40,196 bases of DNA from Reclinomonas americana ATCC 50394 (taxonomy: Eukaryota): positions 3,189-43,384 of the forward strand of contig PS015383.1 in assembly GCA_048213135.1 (NCBI GenBank), in the 5' to 3' direction. The notes beneath the pieces are model-generated. The model was not told the origin of the DNA. It saw only the letters and a program-made list of their open reading frames with translations, and searched no databases. Position numbers and translations under genes: made by a program. Position 1 is the first letter of the stretch. Each line of letters begins with the position of its first letter. Below are positions 1 to 17,862 of the stretch, in pieces.

Positions 1-869
1 TGTGCCCTTCTAACCGTTGCACTTCATCTCCACTCGACAGTGACCACACTCGTAGGGTCTTGTCACTGCTGCCGCTCACCACGTACTGGCCGTCGGGAGT
101 GATGGCGACTGTCAACACCCCTGCAGTGTGCCCCTCTAACCGTCGTACTTCTTCTCCACTNNNNNNNNNNNNNNNNNNNNNNNNNNNNNNNNNNNNNNNN
201 NNNNNNNNNNNNNNNNNNNNNNNNNNNNNNNNNNNNNNNNNNNNNNNNNNNNNNNNNNNNNNNNNNNNNNNNNNNNNNNNNNNNNNNNNNNNNNNNNNNN
301 NNNNNNNNNNNNNNNNNNNNNNNNNNNNNNNNNNNNNNNNNNNNNNNNNNNNNNNNNNNNNNNNNNNNNNNNNNNNNNNNNNNNNNNNNNNNNNNNNNNN
401 NNNNNNNNNNNNNNNNNNNNNNNNNNNNNNNNNNNNNNNNNNNNNNNNNNNNNNNNNNNNNNNNNNNNNNNNNNNNNNNNNNNNNNNNNNNNNNNNNNNN
501 NNNNNNNNNNNNNNNNNNNNNNNNNNNNNNNNNNNNNNNNNNNNNNNNNNNNNNNNNNNNNNNNNNNNNNNNNNNNNNNNNNNNCACCATGGCCAGTGAC
601 CACACGTGTACGGAATGGTCATAACGACTGCCGCTCACGACACGCTGGCCGTCGGGACTGACAGCGACAGAGTGCATCATAGTTGCACTGTGTGCAACTA
701 CCCGTGACTGCACATCATCGCTGCTTGCCAATGACCACACACGGAGCACATGGTCGGGGACGCCAGAACGCGCAGAGGACCGACCGGAGTCCGACACAAA
801 GATCAAAACGGTGTGCCCGTACAACCTGCGAAGATGTCGTGGTAAGTCATAAACTCTGAGCGAGAACAA
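1..869 (-). CDS. WD40-repeat protein fragment (runs off window start, interrupted by gap 161-584)
   Basis: Minus strand of 1-160 reads SGEEVRRLEGHTAGVLTVAITPDGQYVVSGSSDKTLRVWSLSSGDEVQRLEGH. 585-869 reads more degenerate repeats (SVAVSPDGQRVVSGSRYDHSVHVWSL). The 5' end is unclear. Confidence 0.8.
161..584. other. Assembly gap (others at 4124-4143 and 14844-15262)
   Basis: Runs of N, each adjacent to a repeat. Confidence 1.
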
Positions 870-895
870 TTAAATGGACAATATTAATCACACAC

Positions 896-2803
896 TCACG
901 CGGAGTCCCAGAACGGAATGTCAGTCCGCAGATAAACCGGGTCCCTGTTTTCCGCAAAGAAAGCGATGGCAACGCTCGTCGATGGCGGATGCAGACTGCC
1001 ACCACTGGAGGTATCACTGTCGCGTGACGGACCGATGTCATCCTCCATGGCCATCCAATAGTCACGCCAGTTGCTGCCGCTACGTGAGAAATGCGCACGG
1101 AACCAGCGAAACTGATCGGTGTCTCCATCATGCCATCCCAGAAGATGTAATAGTTCACGTGAACTCGACTGCTCTTCTGAAGAAGAGGACACAGAGCCAC
1201 TGCTCTCACGAGCTACACCGTCACTGAACCGAAATTGCGCAGCCTGAATCACAAACCGCAATCGTCGAAGTGACTCGCGAAGAATGTCCTCCGACTCGTG
1301 CGGTGATGTGACTGCAACCTCAATCGAACGACTCAAAATGGTCTCCGGTAAATCAGCTTCCGAGTCAGCTGCAACACTGTCAATTGTTGACAGCGACGGC
1401 ACCACCAAAACCTGCACAACTGCCGGCTTGTAGTCCATTGCATCAAGCAACAGCCAAATGCCACAGCGATACAACTGGGTCACAGTGTCCGTGTCGTCCA
1501 GTTCCGTGCACAACTCACGCGCGTATAGCAACTGTTCGCGATTACTTGGCTCGTCGACCTTGCCGATGAGGTGACAAATAAACCCAAGCACAGCTGTTCT
1601 GGAGTTCATGTTCTGCGCCAGATTGCTGCCGAAGCCACTGCGATACAAGTTGACACACCGACGGCACTTGTCGATAAGGTCGCCGGTTCCGGACTCGTGC
1701 ATGATGCGATCTTCTTCCACACTTATCTGCGCGTGCACACACTCATAAGCACACAGAAGGGGCGGTACAAGCAAGATAACGAAAACCTGCTCCAAAATCA
1801 TCGACTCCTTGCACACGTCCTCGATGTCCTTCTCCGTGAAATCCAGTGAAGAAACGGCTGCGTGGTCGTCGACGCCCGCAGACACAGGTGGCACGGTACT
1901 ATGCCAACTCGCCACCTCAGTGACCTCATCGGCACACACCCGATACACCAGGTGGTACATCTGCGAATCCGGTGGGAAGGGATCATCATCGGTGGCCGAG
2001 GTGACCGCCGCCACCGCGCGATCGAGACTCATCGCACAGCCCTCTTCCGAGGACAGGTACCCGATGACGCAGAGCACTGTGTCACACAGACTCCTCGGTA
2101 AGCTACTCAACAAACCACAACGATGCTCCAGTATAGCACGCACAAATTGCTGTGTGAGAGCAGTCACTTTGCACGGCCACACCGCACTCGACATCGGAAT
2201 CATACTCGCTGAATAGCGTCTTCAACTTTACGACCACAGCGCTTCGCCACTCGACAAGCGTCTTTTTCGAGAAGGACGCTGGAGGTGCAAGAGGAATCGC
2301 CTTGATGCGACTGCCAAAGCCCGCCGACTCCACATCGTCGAAGGCCTGTTAACATGTTGGTGACTGCGTCAATCATCATTCTGGAGACTCAGCAGCAACA
2401 AGCAGACTCACATAGTCGACTTCTCTGTCGGTGATGTTGACGACAGCCTTCACAGACGGCGGCAGATCAGCTGGTGCAAACAGGCAGCTCTCGTCGCGAA
2501 TGCCGACAACAGCGTCGGAAGCACAGCGTTGAACAAATTCGAGGAAACCGCGTGCGCTGAACAAGACGCGGAGCTTCGGCCAGTTGGGAATGAAAGGTTC
2601 ACATATGAGGAGGTAGTGCTTGTCAGTGACCGGGATCCTCTTGGAGAACTGTGAGTGGAAGAGTGAGTGAATGTCGGCGATGTCAACGCACAAGAGCGCA
2701 CAAGCACGTAGATAGGTGGTGTGCTCACTGGACGAGCGCGCCAGCGCTCACAAGACACCAAAACACACCACTGCGAGATTCTCACACTCGCCAGTCTCTC
2801 TCA

Positions 2804-2840
<37 letters not shown>

Positions 2841-2981
2841 ACTCACTCACTCACTCGTTCTCTCTCTCTCCCTCCCTCCCTCCCTCTGTGGCTTACACAA
2901 GCGACGGAACGCACACGAAACTTTTTTCTGGGTGACATAAGACGCCGAGATGAACGGAAACGTGTCAAAGAAGGCTGCCAT
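896..2981 (-). CDS. Hypothetical protein, multi-exon; 5' end uncertain and may extend to ~3100-3270
   Basis: The large terminal exon (within ORF 896-2203) joins in frame to the upstream ORFs 2103-2333 and 2376-2693 through GT-AG introns (e.g. EVDY|gtgagt...aacag|AFDDVES). No family recognised. Confidence 0.5.
2797..2886. repeat. (TC)n/(TCAC)n/(TCCC)n compound microsatellite
   Basis: Directly visible; probably intronic. Confidence 0.9.
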
Positions 2982-3314
2982 CTGTGAGCGCGGGTGGGAT
3001 AGGACGAGCGAGTGTCGGTGGACAGTTCTGACGCTGCGGTCACGTGCACGTACACCTTTCGAAGCCGACTGTGGCTCCGGTCCGGCTCCGGTGTTCTCTG
3101 ATGCACGTGAAGCAGGAGTGATTAAATGAAGCCACGTAAAAAGTGAGGCGCCGACATCGTGAAGCAGCAATGTCATGATCATCTGGCAAAGCTTAAAATA
3201 TACATCGCTGATCTCCACCTTCGAAGATCGCCAAGCAGACACATCACCTGTACCTTCCAGCAATATAATACACTTCACACTTTTTCTCCCTCTTCATTAC
3301 CATCTTCACCCCCC

Positions 3315-4076
3315 TCAACCCGGCGCACTCGGCTGCGACTTGCGCGGCTGCGCCACCGCAAACGCCTGCAAAAAGTCGAATCCAGACGCTGCCGCCGCCG
3401 ATGTCGCCGCTCCGCCCCTATTACTTGGTCGACCTTGCGCGTCCATGACCGGCGCCTCCGCCTCAGAGAACTCGAGTGAATACCCAGCCTGCTGCTGTTG
3501 CTGCTGCTGCTGCTGCTGATGCGCATGCTGCTGTAGCGACGAGCCTGAATGGCTGCTGTTGCTGCTGCTGCCGCCGCCTCCATGGCCGAGCAACTGCGCC
3601 GTCCACGCCGCCGTGCCGTGGAACGACGCACCAAGCGGCGACTGGAAGTGGTCGAGCGGCGACGGCATTTGCGGCCGTGGGAGTGCATCGGGCACCGACG
3701 CCGGCGGCGACAGGTGCACCAGCGAACCCGAGTCAGACGGCGAAATGTCGATACTGCCAACTGTGGCCGTCGACGACAGCGAGTCCGGCAACGGGACGCG
3801 CGCCAGCGGCATTCCACGACCACTGGCGGCAGCTGCTTGGGGTGGTGGCCCGCGCTTCCCTGCAGGAGGCGGAAGAGCTGCAGCACCAAACGGAGGAGCG
3901 CCGGCACCTTTCGATCTCGGGTCTTCAGGACTGGCTGAGCTGGGCGGTGACACGTGCCACGACACGGTGTTGCCGGTGCTGCTGGACTCGGCACTCGACG
4001 ACCCCAGCGACAACACCGGGGTGCGAATCGCAAGGTTGGCGGCAGCGACGTCCGTGGTGACAGGCCGCCGTGCGCC

Positions 4077-4123
<47 letters not shown>

Positions 4124-7100
4124 NNNNNNNNNNNNNNNNNNNNGCTGCTGTTGTTGTTGTTGTTGTTGCTGCTGCTGCTGTTGTAGTTGCTGCTGTTGCT
4201 GCTGCGCTTTTCCCTTGCGACCACCTCCCACAGTGTTGCCGGAAGCAGCCGCGGACGCCGGCGACTCTCCTGGTGGACGAGCAATCGCACTCGGACTAGC
4301 ACCCACCGCACCGGCGCCGGTCGCATTGGGAGCGGTCGACGCCGCTGTCGCAGCGGGTGCGCCACGACCGCGACCTCCGCCACCACCACCGCCACCACCA
4401 CCACCACCACGACCGGCTGGGGCACGAGATATGGCTGGTTTCGGGGATGCCGAGCTGGCTGGCGGCGCTGGTGCAGGCGCAGCTGCCAGCGGCGGAGAGC
4501 GCGGAGGTGTGGTATGCTGCGACCGGTTGCCACGAGTCCGTTGTCGCTGCGTTCCTTGCGCACCAGTGGCACTGGCTGCCGGCGCCGTCGCCACGACGCC
4601 AGGCACCTCCGACGGTGTGCGTCGGGGTGGTCGTGCCGGCGCACCGACTTGCGGTTGCGGCAGTCGACTGTGCGATGATGCACTGCGTTTCGACGCCCCT
4701 TGTTGTGGCGCTTGCTGCTGCTGCTGCTGCTGCTGTTGCTGTGGCTGTGATTCACCGGCCGCAGCGGATTCGGTTCGCGCACCCGTCCTGGTTCCACGCT
4801 GATCGGGCGATGGAACTCCTCGATTCGGCAACCGCGGTGCGACTCCGCTCGCCGTCGCACCCTCTGTGCGATCACCGCCGCCAGCCGCGCCGCCGGCCCC
4901 GGCAGCACCACGCAACAAGGCGGCGATGGTTGCGGCGCCTGCCAGCTGAATCGACGAGGGCGGACTCGGTGTGCCGACATCGAGAAGCGCCATGTTGGTG
5001 TACGACGATGACATGCTCGGACTTGTGCCGGCGGACGACATGCTGTAGCGGTCGAGGGTGGCCGACTCCATCGGCATGGTCGGCAGCACCGACGAGAGGG
5101 TCTTGAGCTCACCAATTTTTTCGTCAATCAACTTTTGCAGCTGCAGCAGTGTGCGCTCACGCTCCAGCACCAGCGGATCCGCTGCATCAAGCACCGGTGG
5201 TGAGCAAACTGGATGGCGTGTGCCAAAGAAGAGTCGAGCAGGCTTACCGGTGGACGACGTCACCGAGACGGCGGCGGCGGCGGCGGCTACCGCCGTGTCC
5301 GTGGACACGGCAGCCGCTTGTGCCTCGGCACTGAACTGATGCAACGGATTCGGCATGGACTCCATCTGCTGCCGCTGCTCCACGAGCGACTGCTGCATGA
5401 TACGCATGTTGTCGACAATGTTGCGGTGCTCCGCAATCACATCGTCCAGCGGTTGCTTCAGCAGAATCTCGGCCTCGCCCACTGTCCGGCGACAGGTGAA
5501 TAAATCACACGCAAGTAACGGGCACGAACGAAAACCACGCAACAGACGTGCGAGAGCCGGTCGCACAGCGATCTCGCAAAGCTCACTGTGCCGTCAACTT
5601 GCTCCATGACGACCGCCAGGTGCGCCTCCGACTTTTCAATGTCGTAGAATGCCGCCACCGGGGAACGAATGGCCAGCATGGCCGCCTTTTGCTGGCGGTC
5701 AGTGGGGATTTTGGCGAGGTAGCCGACGGCCACCACTTGCAGTTGCTCCAGCTACGACGAGAACACGTTGAGGCGCAGCAAGATGTATGACGAGAATAGG
5801 AAAAAAAGACTGACCCTCGCGGCCTCGGCCTGCAAGCACGTGGCGGCATGCAGGAGGAACTGACCGAGAGCCTGGTGCAGTGCGAGGCGGTACTCTTGCA
5901 GGCGCTCTTCCGTGAGCTCACGAACCGTCTCCTGGATGCCGGCTGCAGCGAGGATACAGGAATTAGTGCTGCAATCTCAATAACTTGGTTTGCTGCGTGC
6001 GTCCACCACGCAACTCAAGTAGTCGCGAATGTGCTCCAGCGACTGGCCGTACGTCTCGAAGCGCTTACATTGGTCCACGCTCTCCGTGCGTCGCTCCTGC
6101 AACACACGAACTTCGTCTTCGTACTTGGCCTCCAGATTGGCGTCCTTGCTCTGCACACGAAAATCACACAGATCAATGGCACGCGCGGACATGGACGAAG
6201 GGCCTGTGTGACGCAACATACAACTCGTCACGCTCGCGCTTAATGACCTCCTCCTCGCGTCCAATCTCCGCCAGCCGATTCAGCAACATTTCCTTTTCTC
6301 GGAACAGTTGCGTTTCACGCTCAGTCAGCTGATCCATGCGCTCCTGCCACTCGAGTTCCTGTTCGCAGGAAGCACGAAGCTCGATAAGAACCTCACTGAT
6401 TAAGCGCAACACACACGCGGCCACACAAACCGCCTCCTGCTTCTGCTGCTCCAAGTCGACTTCGTCCTTGTGCAAACTCTCCGCCAGCGAGAGGAACTCG
6501 GTCATCTTTTGCCGGGCGTGTTGAACCAGCTCCGTCACGTGACTTTGTGTCTGCGTTTGCGCACACAGTGAGTCGCCATATGAAGAGGGGGAGCTGCAAC
6601 GACAACATACATACCTTGCGAAACTCACTCGGCACGTGACTGTCGGTGACCAGAAACGCACATCGCTTCGCAATCACGGCGCACTTCTCCTCGCACACCG
6701 ACACCAACTGACGCAGCGTCGGCAGCGTGTCGAATCCGCCCTGCAGCGCCAGCGTGCGTGGCGTGCTGGCGCGCCCGTCGTAGCCTGCACACACACAGTC
6801 AGCAGGGATATACACACACACACACACACCAGATAACAGAGAGCGCATGCCACTCGCCATTCGCCGGTGTGCTGGGCGACGAGTTCGACGAGCTGGCCAC
6901 CAGATCGGCACCGCCAGCCACATGGTCGGCCAGGATCTCGACCTGGCGCAGTTGCATCAACTATGCGAGCGAAGGGTGAGCGACAACGAACGAATAAGCA
7001 ACCACGCTTTCCACCACCGCGGCCAACCTTCTCGTCAATCAACGCCTCGTACGTTTGCACCGACTTGAACAGTGACACCGGGTTGGGGTCGTGATCGATC

Positions 7101-9178
7101 AGCACCAGTGTGGCTTGCGCCACACGGTCGACCAATGACGGATATTTCTGCATGCGCGTGGAGGAGGAGCACACCGATTTCATATTGCGGATTCACAGAT
7201 CACGTACATGGACAACTGACTCACCTCGGAGAGATGGAGAAACTGGCGACTGAGAAAGTCCAACCGCCGCAGCAGAGTGATATGGTCCTGTCGGCGCAGC
7301 GACGGTCAGCAATGCAAGTGAGTGAAGGTGCCTTTCCAACACGCTCATACACACACACACCTCATCGACACCTCTGCGACATGCAACACCACCACAGCAG
7401 TGAGGAATCATTGGGGGTCTGATGGCAATGCAAATCGACCAACTCACCGCAGCAGGAAGCCAAAGAGTGACTTGACCGACGACACGTCTTCGTGCGGGTA
7501 CAGCAAGCACGAGCGGAAAATGTCGGCCACCGTTTCGCTCTTCATCAGCACCTGCTCATCGCCACTGTGAGACACACGATACACAGAAGAGACATGTGGG
7601 CACATCACGCACATCGCGGAATGTGTGCATGCGGCCAGAGGCGTCAACGTACTGTGGCGCACGACTAAAGGTGCCGACACCATCGCGGCCTTCGGAGAGT
7701 TTGCGAATGAGAATGTTAAAGTACACACTCCGCACCGGCTGCGCGCCGCAAAGTCAGTCAGAAATCACCTAAACCCCGCAACAAAAGGATGGGTACGAAC
7801 CGGTCGGAGGCACTCGTCGCGCGCAATTTCAAAGCACTGGTGCAACTCGTCCACCGTCTGCGCACTGTCGATGCGGCGAATGAGCATCTCCACCAGCGAC
7901 AACTCCTGCATCATGCGGACATGCATCGTCAGCAAAAGAAACAATGACAAAGACGCACACACGCGCGTGCACACGGGCACGCAACATCCGACGGAATGGC
8001 ATCCTCCGAGTGCAGCGACTGTGTGTCGACCGCAGCCACCACAGACGACACCGACGACGACGCTGAGCCGCTCGGCGCCGTCACCTTGGTTTGTGCCGGC
8101 GGCTGATGCACCTGCAAGTACGACAGCGGCGGGTCTCGAGCCGACGGCAGGCGTGCCGACACTGAGCTGTCGACGCTACTCGACAGACCACGCAGGGTGC
8201 CACCACCGCCACCATGTTCATCATCATCGTCCTCTTCGTCGTCATCCTCCTCGTAGGCTTCATCGTCGTCGTCCTCCTCGTCCTCCTCATCGAAACCATC
8301 GTCGTCTTCGTCGCCACTGGAGCCACTCTTCTCGTGATAATACGCAGCAGCGGTGCGACGACGGCCGCGATGGCCACGACCAGCCGCCTCATCATCGTCA
8401 TCCGCGTCGCCACTATCCGAGCTGTCGCTTGCACGCTGCACGCGCAGCTTGCGTGCCGCAGGTGCTCGACCATCTCCTCCTCCTCCTCCTCCTCCTGCAG
8501 CAGCACCACCTGCGCCAGTCACTGTTGCTGCAGCTGCCGTCGCCGCACCTCCCGATCCCGACGCTCCCGTATTCCACTCGTGCGGCTTGACCAGGTAATC
8601 CAACAAGATATTAAAGTCATCCGTGGGCTTATTCTGCGACGCCAGGTACCGCATGCACTGCACAACGAGCTCTTTCGAGAAGCCAAACCCCTGTTGTTGT
8701 TGTTGTTGTTGGCACAATGACAACACAATGACAACGCAGCGAATGCACTCAACATTGACCAACTGCTCGACAAGATGCGTGCGCGACTCTGACGCGCCTG
8801 GAGTCGTGCGTCCCGAGCCACCAGAGGCCGTCGCAGCCGCTCTCCCAGGAGGCACCTCAAACGCCGAGATGAATGACGAGGCTCTGGGCTTCACAGTCAA
8901 CACACAATCACTCACAGAGCAAACAGAAAGAGAGAGCGCAACGAAGAGCGTTGCTTTGTGCGTCGCCCCTTGCGCTTGCGTCGTCGCGCAGCCGAGGATG
9001 CAGTCGACGAGGATGACAACTTGCCGGGAGAGAGGCCGTGATGATGCGCGTCCACTCCCAGTGCTCCTCCTGTTGCTCCTCCTGCTCCCCCTGCTGCTGC
9101 AGACGATGAGGGAGGCTCGTGTGGTGCATGGGCAAGCACCTGGAAGGGGTTGTGCGTGCTCATCGTCCCTCGACTCAT
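3315..9178 (-). CDS. Large multi-exon hypothetical protein: low-complexity N-terminus, UBA-like motif, acidic tract, coiled coil, Gln/Ala/Pro-rich C-terminus
   Basis: Exons splice in frame (AIPSD|ELSLVEM, RDELY|SKDANLE, RDYLT|GIQETVREL). FGFSKELVVQCMRYL...FNILLDYL resembles a UBA helical bundle. The start is at 9178 or 9163, and the frame across gap 4124-4143 is assumed. Confidence 0.6.
4079..4205. repeat. (CTG/TTG)n trinucleotide repeat encoding polyQ on the minus strand, spanning a 20-N gap
   Basis: Directly visible; similar tracts lie at ~3490-3518 and ~4713-4740. Confidence 0.9.
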
Positions 9179-9215
9179 CTTGTGGCACAGGACAAGCGCA
9201 GCGCGTGATTGTCAA

Positions 9216-9531
9216 ATGTCGTCCAAGGGCAAAGCCCACAACAAGGTGTGTGCCTCACAGTCTGTCTCTGCGTCTGTCTCTCACTCTCTCTTGGTGCAGC
9301 TGTACATCACTCAGAAGGAGTGGGTGGAGAGCTTTGGCGGCAAATCGACTGCTGCTGAGCGCGAACATGTGCCCTTTCGTGTGCTTCCCTTTGATCACTG
9401 CGCGCTCAGTCTGCAGCCGGCACTGACGCCCGTCATTGCTCCTGATGGCACTCTCTTTGACATTGTGTTGCGTGTGTGTGTGAGGGGGAGATGAAGAGAG
9501 AGGGTCAACTTGCGCTGTGACTTATGCTGGT

Positions 9532-9566
<35 letters not shown>

Positions 9567-11645
9567 CGTCGTTGTCGCGCAGCAACATCCTGCCGTACTT
9601 GAAAAAGTACAAGATGCACCCGTGCACGGGCGAGCGTCTGAGTGCCAAGGATCTCACACGCGTGCACTTCCACAAGAACAAGGACGGCGAGTATCACTGC
9701 CCGATCACGTTCAAGGTGTTCACGCCGCACTCGCACATTGTGGTGATCCGCACCTCCGGCAACGTCTACTCGTGGGAGGCTGTCAACGAGATGAACATCA
9801 AGATGAAGATGTGGAAGGATCTGCTCACCGATGAGCCCTTCCAGGGCCGCAAGGATATCCTCACGCTGCAGGACCCCAAACAGGTGGCCAACAAGGACCC
9901 TGCGCGCTTCGACTATGTGCTCAAGGGCATTCGTGTGGTCGACGGCGAGCTGGCCGAGCGCATGAAGGATCCCTCGTTCTTCCTCAATGTCAACTCGTCC
10001 ACGGCGCGTGTCCTCAAGCGCATGGAGGAGGAGAAGGTGTCGGAGGCCACCATTCTGCCCAAGTCGGTGTTGGAGCGCATGGAGAAGCGCGAGGAGGAGG
10101 GTGAGTGGAGCGGCAAGAGGGTGAGAGGAGTGCTGAGGAGGACTCATTCAGTTTTGTTTTGCATGTCACAGATGCCACCCACTCGGCCGCGGCCGACTGG
10201 AAGTCGCGGGTGGAGCCGAAGCGCTCCACGACCAGTGCACCGTCGTTCACATCGACGGCCGTCAACCTTCGTTGCGTTCAAGTGGTGGTTGTCTTCGACG
10301 GCTTAGTCATTGCAAGGGCTCATTACATGCGTGGGTTGAACAGAGACGGAGACCAAGTACGGCGACGTGACCGAGGAAGATCGCCGTCGTGTGCAGTACG
10401 CGTGGCTGCGCAAGAAGAAGAAGAAGGGCTACGTGCAGTTGGTCACCACCCTCGGCGACATTAATATCGAGTTGCACTGCGATATGGTTCGTGTGCTTGT
10501 TCGCAGCCGGGAGTGACTTGTGCGTGAATATGACACTGATCAAGTGAGCACAGGCGCCGCGCACCTGCGAGAATTTCATCGGCCTGGCGAACAAGGGCTA
10601 CTACAACGACACCATCTTCCACCGCAGCATCCGCAACTTTATGGTTTGCGCGCTCTCTTTCCCCCTCTCCTCTACCCTTTGTTGGCCTCTCTCTCATTCA
10701 ACATCTTTTCCGTGTGCGTGACCACAGATCCAAGGTGGCGATCCGACAGGTACCGGTCGCGGTGGCCAGTCGCTGTTCGGGCACAAGTTTGACGACGAGT
10801 TTGATCTGCGCTTGCACCACGATGCACGCGGCCTGCTGAGCATGGCCAACAGCGGACCGGGTACCAATGGATCGCAATTGTTGCGTGGTGCACGTGTGGT
10901 GCTTGTAAGATGACGCTGATGTTGGCTGATCTGTGTCCACGCTGCGCAGCTTCATCACATACAAGCCGTGCACACATCTGGACCGGAAACACACCATCTT
11001 TGGCCGCATGGTCAACGGAGAGGACACGCTGCGTGCCATGGAGGTGGTGCCGACGGGTGCCAATGACCGACCTGTGGTGAGTGTACACGCGGTGTGACCC
11101 TGGGGGATGATGAATGCATTGTGCCTCATGTCGGTCGCGCAGGAGGAGATCAAGATCCTGCGCATCAATGTGCTCGTCAATCCGTTTGAAGGTTGGCCGG
11201 CTTGTCGTGCCTCGGTTGTGCTTCTCCACACTGCATAGTAACTCCTGCTCCATGGCGCAGAGAATTTCCTGCAGGACGAAGAGGAACGCGAGCGCAAAGC
11301 CGCCGAGGTCGAGCGGCGTGCAGAGGAGCGCGAACGAGGCGATGACCCCGGCATGTGGTACTCGAATCCAACTCCTGTGGCGCAGCCGGTGGCTGCGGCC
11401 GGCCACTCGGGTGTGGGCAAGTACCTGCGCGCGCGTCTCGAAAGCAGTGCGTTGTGCCGCCGGTTGTGGGAGAGTCCTTTTTTCCCAACGCGTCCTCACT
11501 CTTTGCGTCACACACAGCTGGCACGAAGCGCGCCCCCGAGGAGGAAGTGGTGGCGGATCTGGAGGCCGAGGATATTGTCGTGCCGCAAAAGAAGAAAAAG
11601 AAGGCGATCACAGGGCAGCAATTTGGCGACTTTTCTGGTTGGTGA
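9216..11645 (+). CDS. PPIL2: RING/U-box cyclophilin PPIL2 (Cyp60), ~11 exons
   Basis: Spliced protein: [18 protein letters not shown]...[12 protein letters not shown]...NILPYLKKY...[17 protein letters not shown]...KDLLTDEPF. The cyclophilin domain reads [19 protein letters not shown]...[22 protein letters not shown]...[18 protein letters not shown]...[10 protein letters not shown], and the protein ends FGDFSGW*. Confidence 0.95.
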
Positions 11646-11718
11646 CCATGAAAGTTCAATACACAGACAACAAGGGGTGTGTACAATTCAAGGAGGAGAA
11701 TGGGTCTGCTTCCGCTTC

Positions 11719-13539
11719 TCACTGCTGCTCGCGTGTTGTCTTCCGCTTGCTGACGTCGTCGGTGACACCGTCGACTTCGTCCGGAATGCCGCCGCCCTTG
11801 AAGAGCGAGCGCAGCAGCTTGACGGCTCCCCACGTGATCAAAAACGCCCAGTAGTAATTCAAAATCGTGGCCAGCGTGAGTGCCACAAAGAAGCACAGGA
11901 GCAGGAGAGGCTGCAAATACACCACGATTGAGAAGGAGCACGAGCAGGGAGGGGGTGAGATGGAAGCAGCAGCGAACCGTGACACTCCAGAACAGCTCCG
12001 ACTCGGTGTACACAATCCACAGCACGTACGGCGTCATGGCGACGCGGAACAACAAAAACCCGCCGCACATGAGCACTCCATTGATCTGCGGGAAGAGCGA
12101 CGGTTGAGGACCACCGGCGACACACAGCACGAGAGAAGGTGGGAACGCAACGGCAAATGGCAGCGACTCTCGCTTGCCGATCTTGGTCCACTGCCAGCGG
12201 AAGTTGACCGAGGGGGTGGTGATCTCTGTTCCCATAAAGAGCAGCACCTGCAGAAACAACATGGCGGGGAGTGAGCGGAAGGGGAGCGAGTTTGCAAACG
12301 GATGTCTGAGGACGCAACAATGCCCGTCATCTGTCGGTAGCTACCGGCGTGGAAGGAAGAGAGTGAGTCAGGAGAGTGGCGATGTGCGATTGAGAGGGAC
12401 AAGAGCAAACCTGAATGCCAGCGGGAAGACAATGATGCCCATGCTGCGAGAAACGACAGTAAGCACCATGATCACTCGAAAGGGCATGGAAAGGTGTGCT
12501 CACATGTGATGCACGAGGGTCCCGACACTGAAAAACGTCTTCTGGTCGACAATCATCGTGACGCTGCGAGTGGAGTGAGCAGTGGAGATGTCACGAAGAT
12601 CACAAAGACATGACGCAACAGATCGCAGTAAAAGTACCCGGCGCAGATGCCACAGCACCACAGGCTGCACGCACAACAACATCGTCAGCACCACAACACC
12701 CTGTGGCGCAGCAGCAGAGGCGAGAAGAAACAGACCCCGATTGACTGGTTCCGCGCATCATTTCAGCCGTGGTGGCATAGTCGCCCGAGTAGAACAACGA
12801 ATACCCCGCAAAACCTGCACCAGGTGAATGAGCACCTCAGCGCAACACACACGCACACACCACATACCAGCGACCACAAGCGCATGAATCGTCGACAAGT
12901 GACGATTGTAGAACTGCAACTGCACGAACGCGGTCAAACTGACAAGCACGACACACAAGGCAAGACACAGTGGAGGCCACTCAACAACGTCACTGCGTTT
13001 CAACTGATGCACAGCAGCATGCGGGAAGATGGCATACATGTACGGAGCTGCAACAACAGCACAATCAGCAGCATACACATGCATTGATCAAGGCAACACC
13101 ACACAGCGTACCAGACTCCTGCACAAACGCACACACAACCGCTGTGCACAAGACGGTTATCACCTACACACACACACACGCTCTTACACAAAAAGCACGC
13201 ACCAGCCGCCGCCTGCAAGCGCAACAAGAACACCACATCATCCCAATAGACTCCATGCGAGACCGCCTCCACTGGCGACCCATCCTCCGCGATAATCGCC
13301 GTCTCCGCCGCAGGCACGCGCTTCACAATGAGCACCGACAAGCACACAAGGAGACCGGCGAGGCCCATGACCTCGTTCTTGCCACGCGGAACCATTGACT
13401 CCTTCTCTTTCTCCTCCGTGTTGGTGCTGTTGCTCACTGTCTTGCCTGCGCGGTAGGCGGCCTCGTAGGCGCTGTCGTCGTCATCATCGTCGTCGCTGTG
13501 TGGCACGTTGTTGCCGTCGTCGTAGTGGCGGCGACGCAT
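11719..13539 (-). CDS. TLC (TRAM/LAG1/CLN8) domain membrane protein, TMEM56/TLCD4-like
   Basis: Hydrophobic exons with TLC motifs: STIHALVV, LVHH, TEITTPSVNFRW, INGVLMCGGFLLFRV, LNYYWAFLI. Internal exon boundaries are only partly resolved. Confidence 0.8.
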
Positions 13540-13748
13540 GAGAGAGAACGAAGTTGAGTGTGTGTCCTGCCGCCAATTCGCGCGCGTGTGTGTGTGTGTC
13601 TTGTGTGTCACAGCGCGCGGGTGTAACAAGAAGGTGCGTTGCTCTTCTCTGTGCGTGCGTGCGTGCGTGTGTGTGCAGGCGCGCGCGTGTGTGTGCGTGT
13701 GCGCTGAGAGCATGGCCATCACAGCTTCCCTCCCTCGCGCGCGCGGCA

Positions 13749-17777
<4,029 letters not shown>

Positions 17778-17862
17778 GAGCGCGCCCGACCCGCACGCAA
17801 TATAGCAACGCACAACAATCTATTCAAGTCATTGCGGGGGCAACACAAAAACGATATATGTA

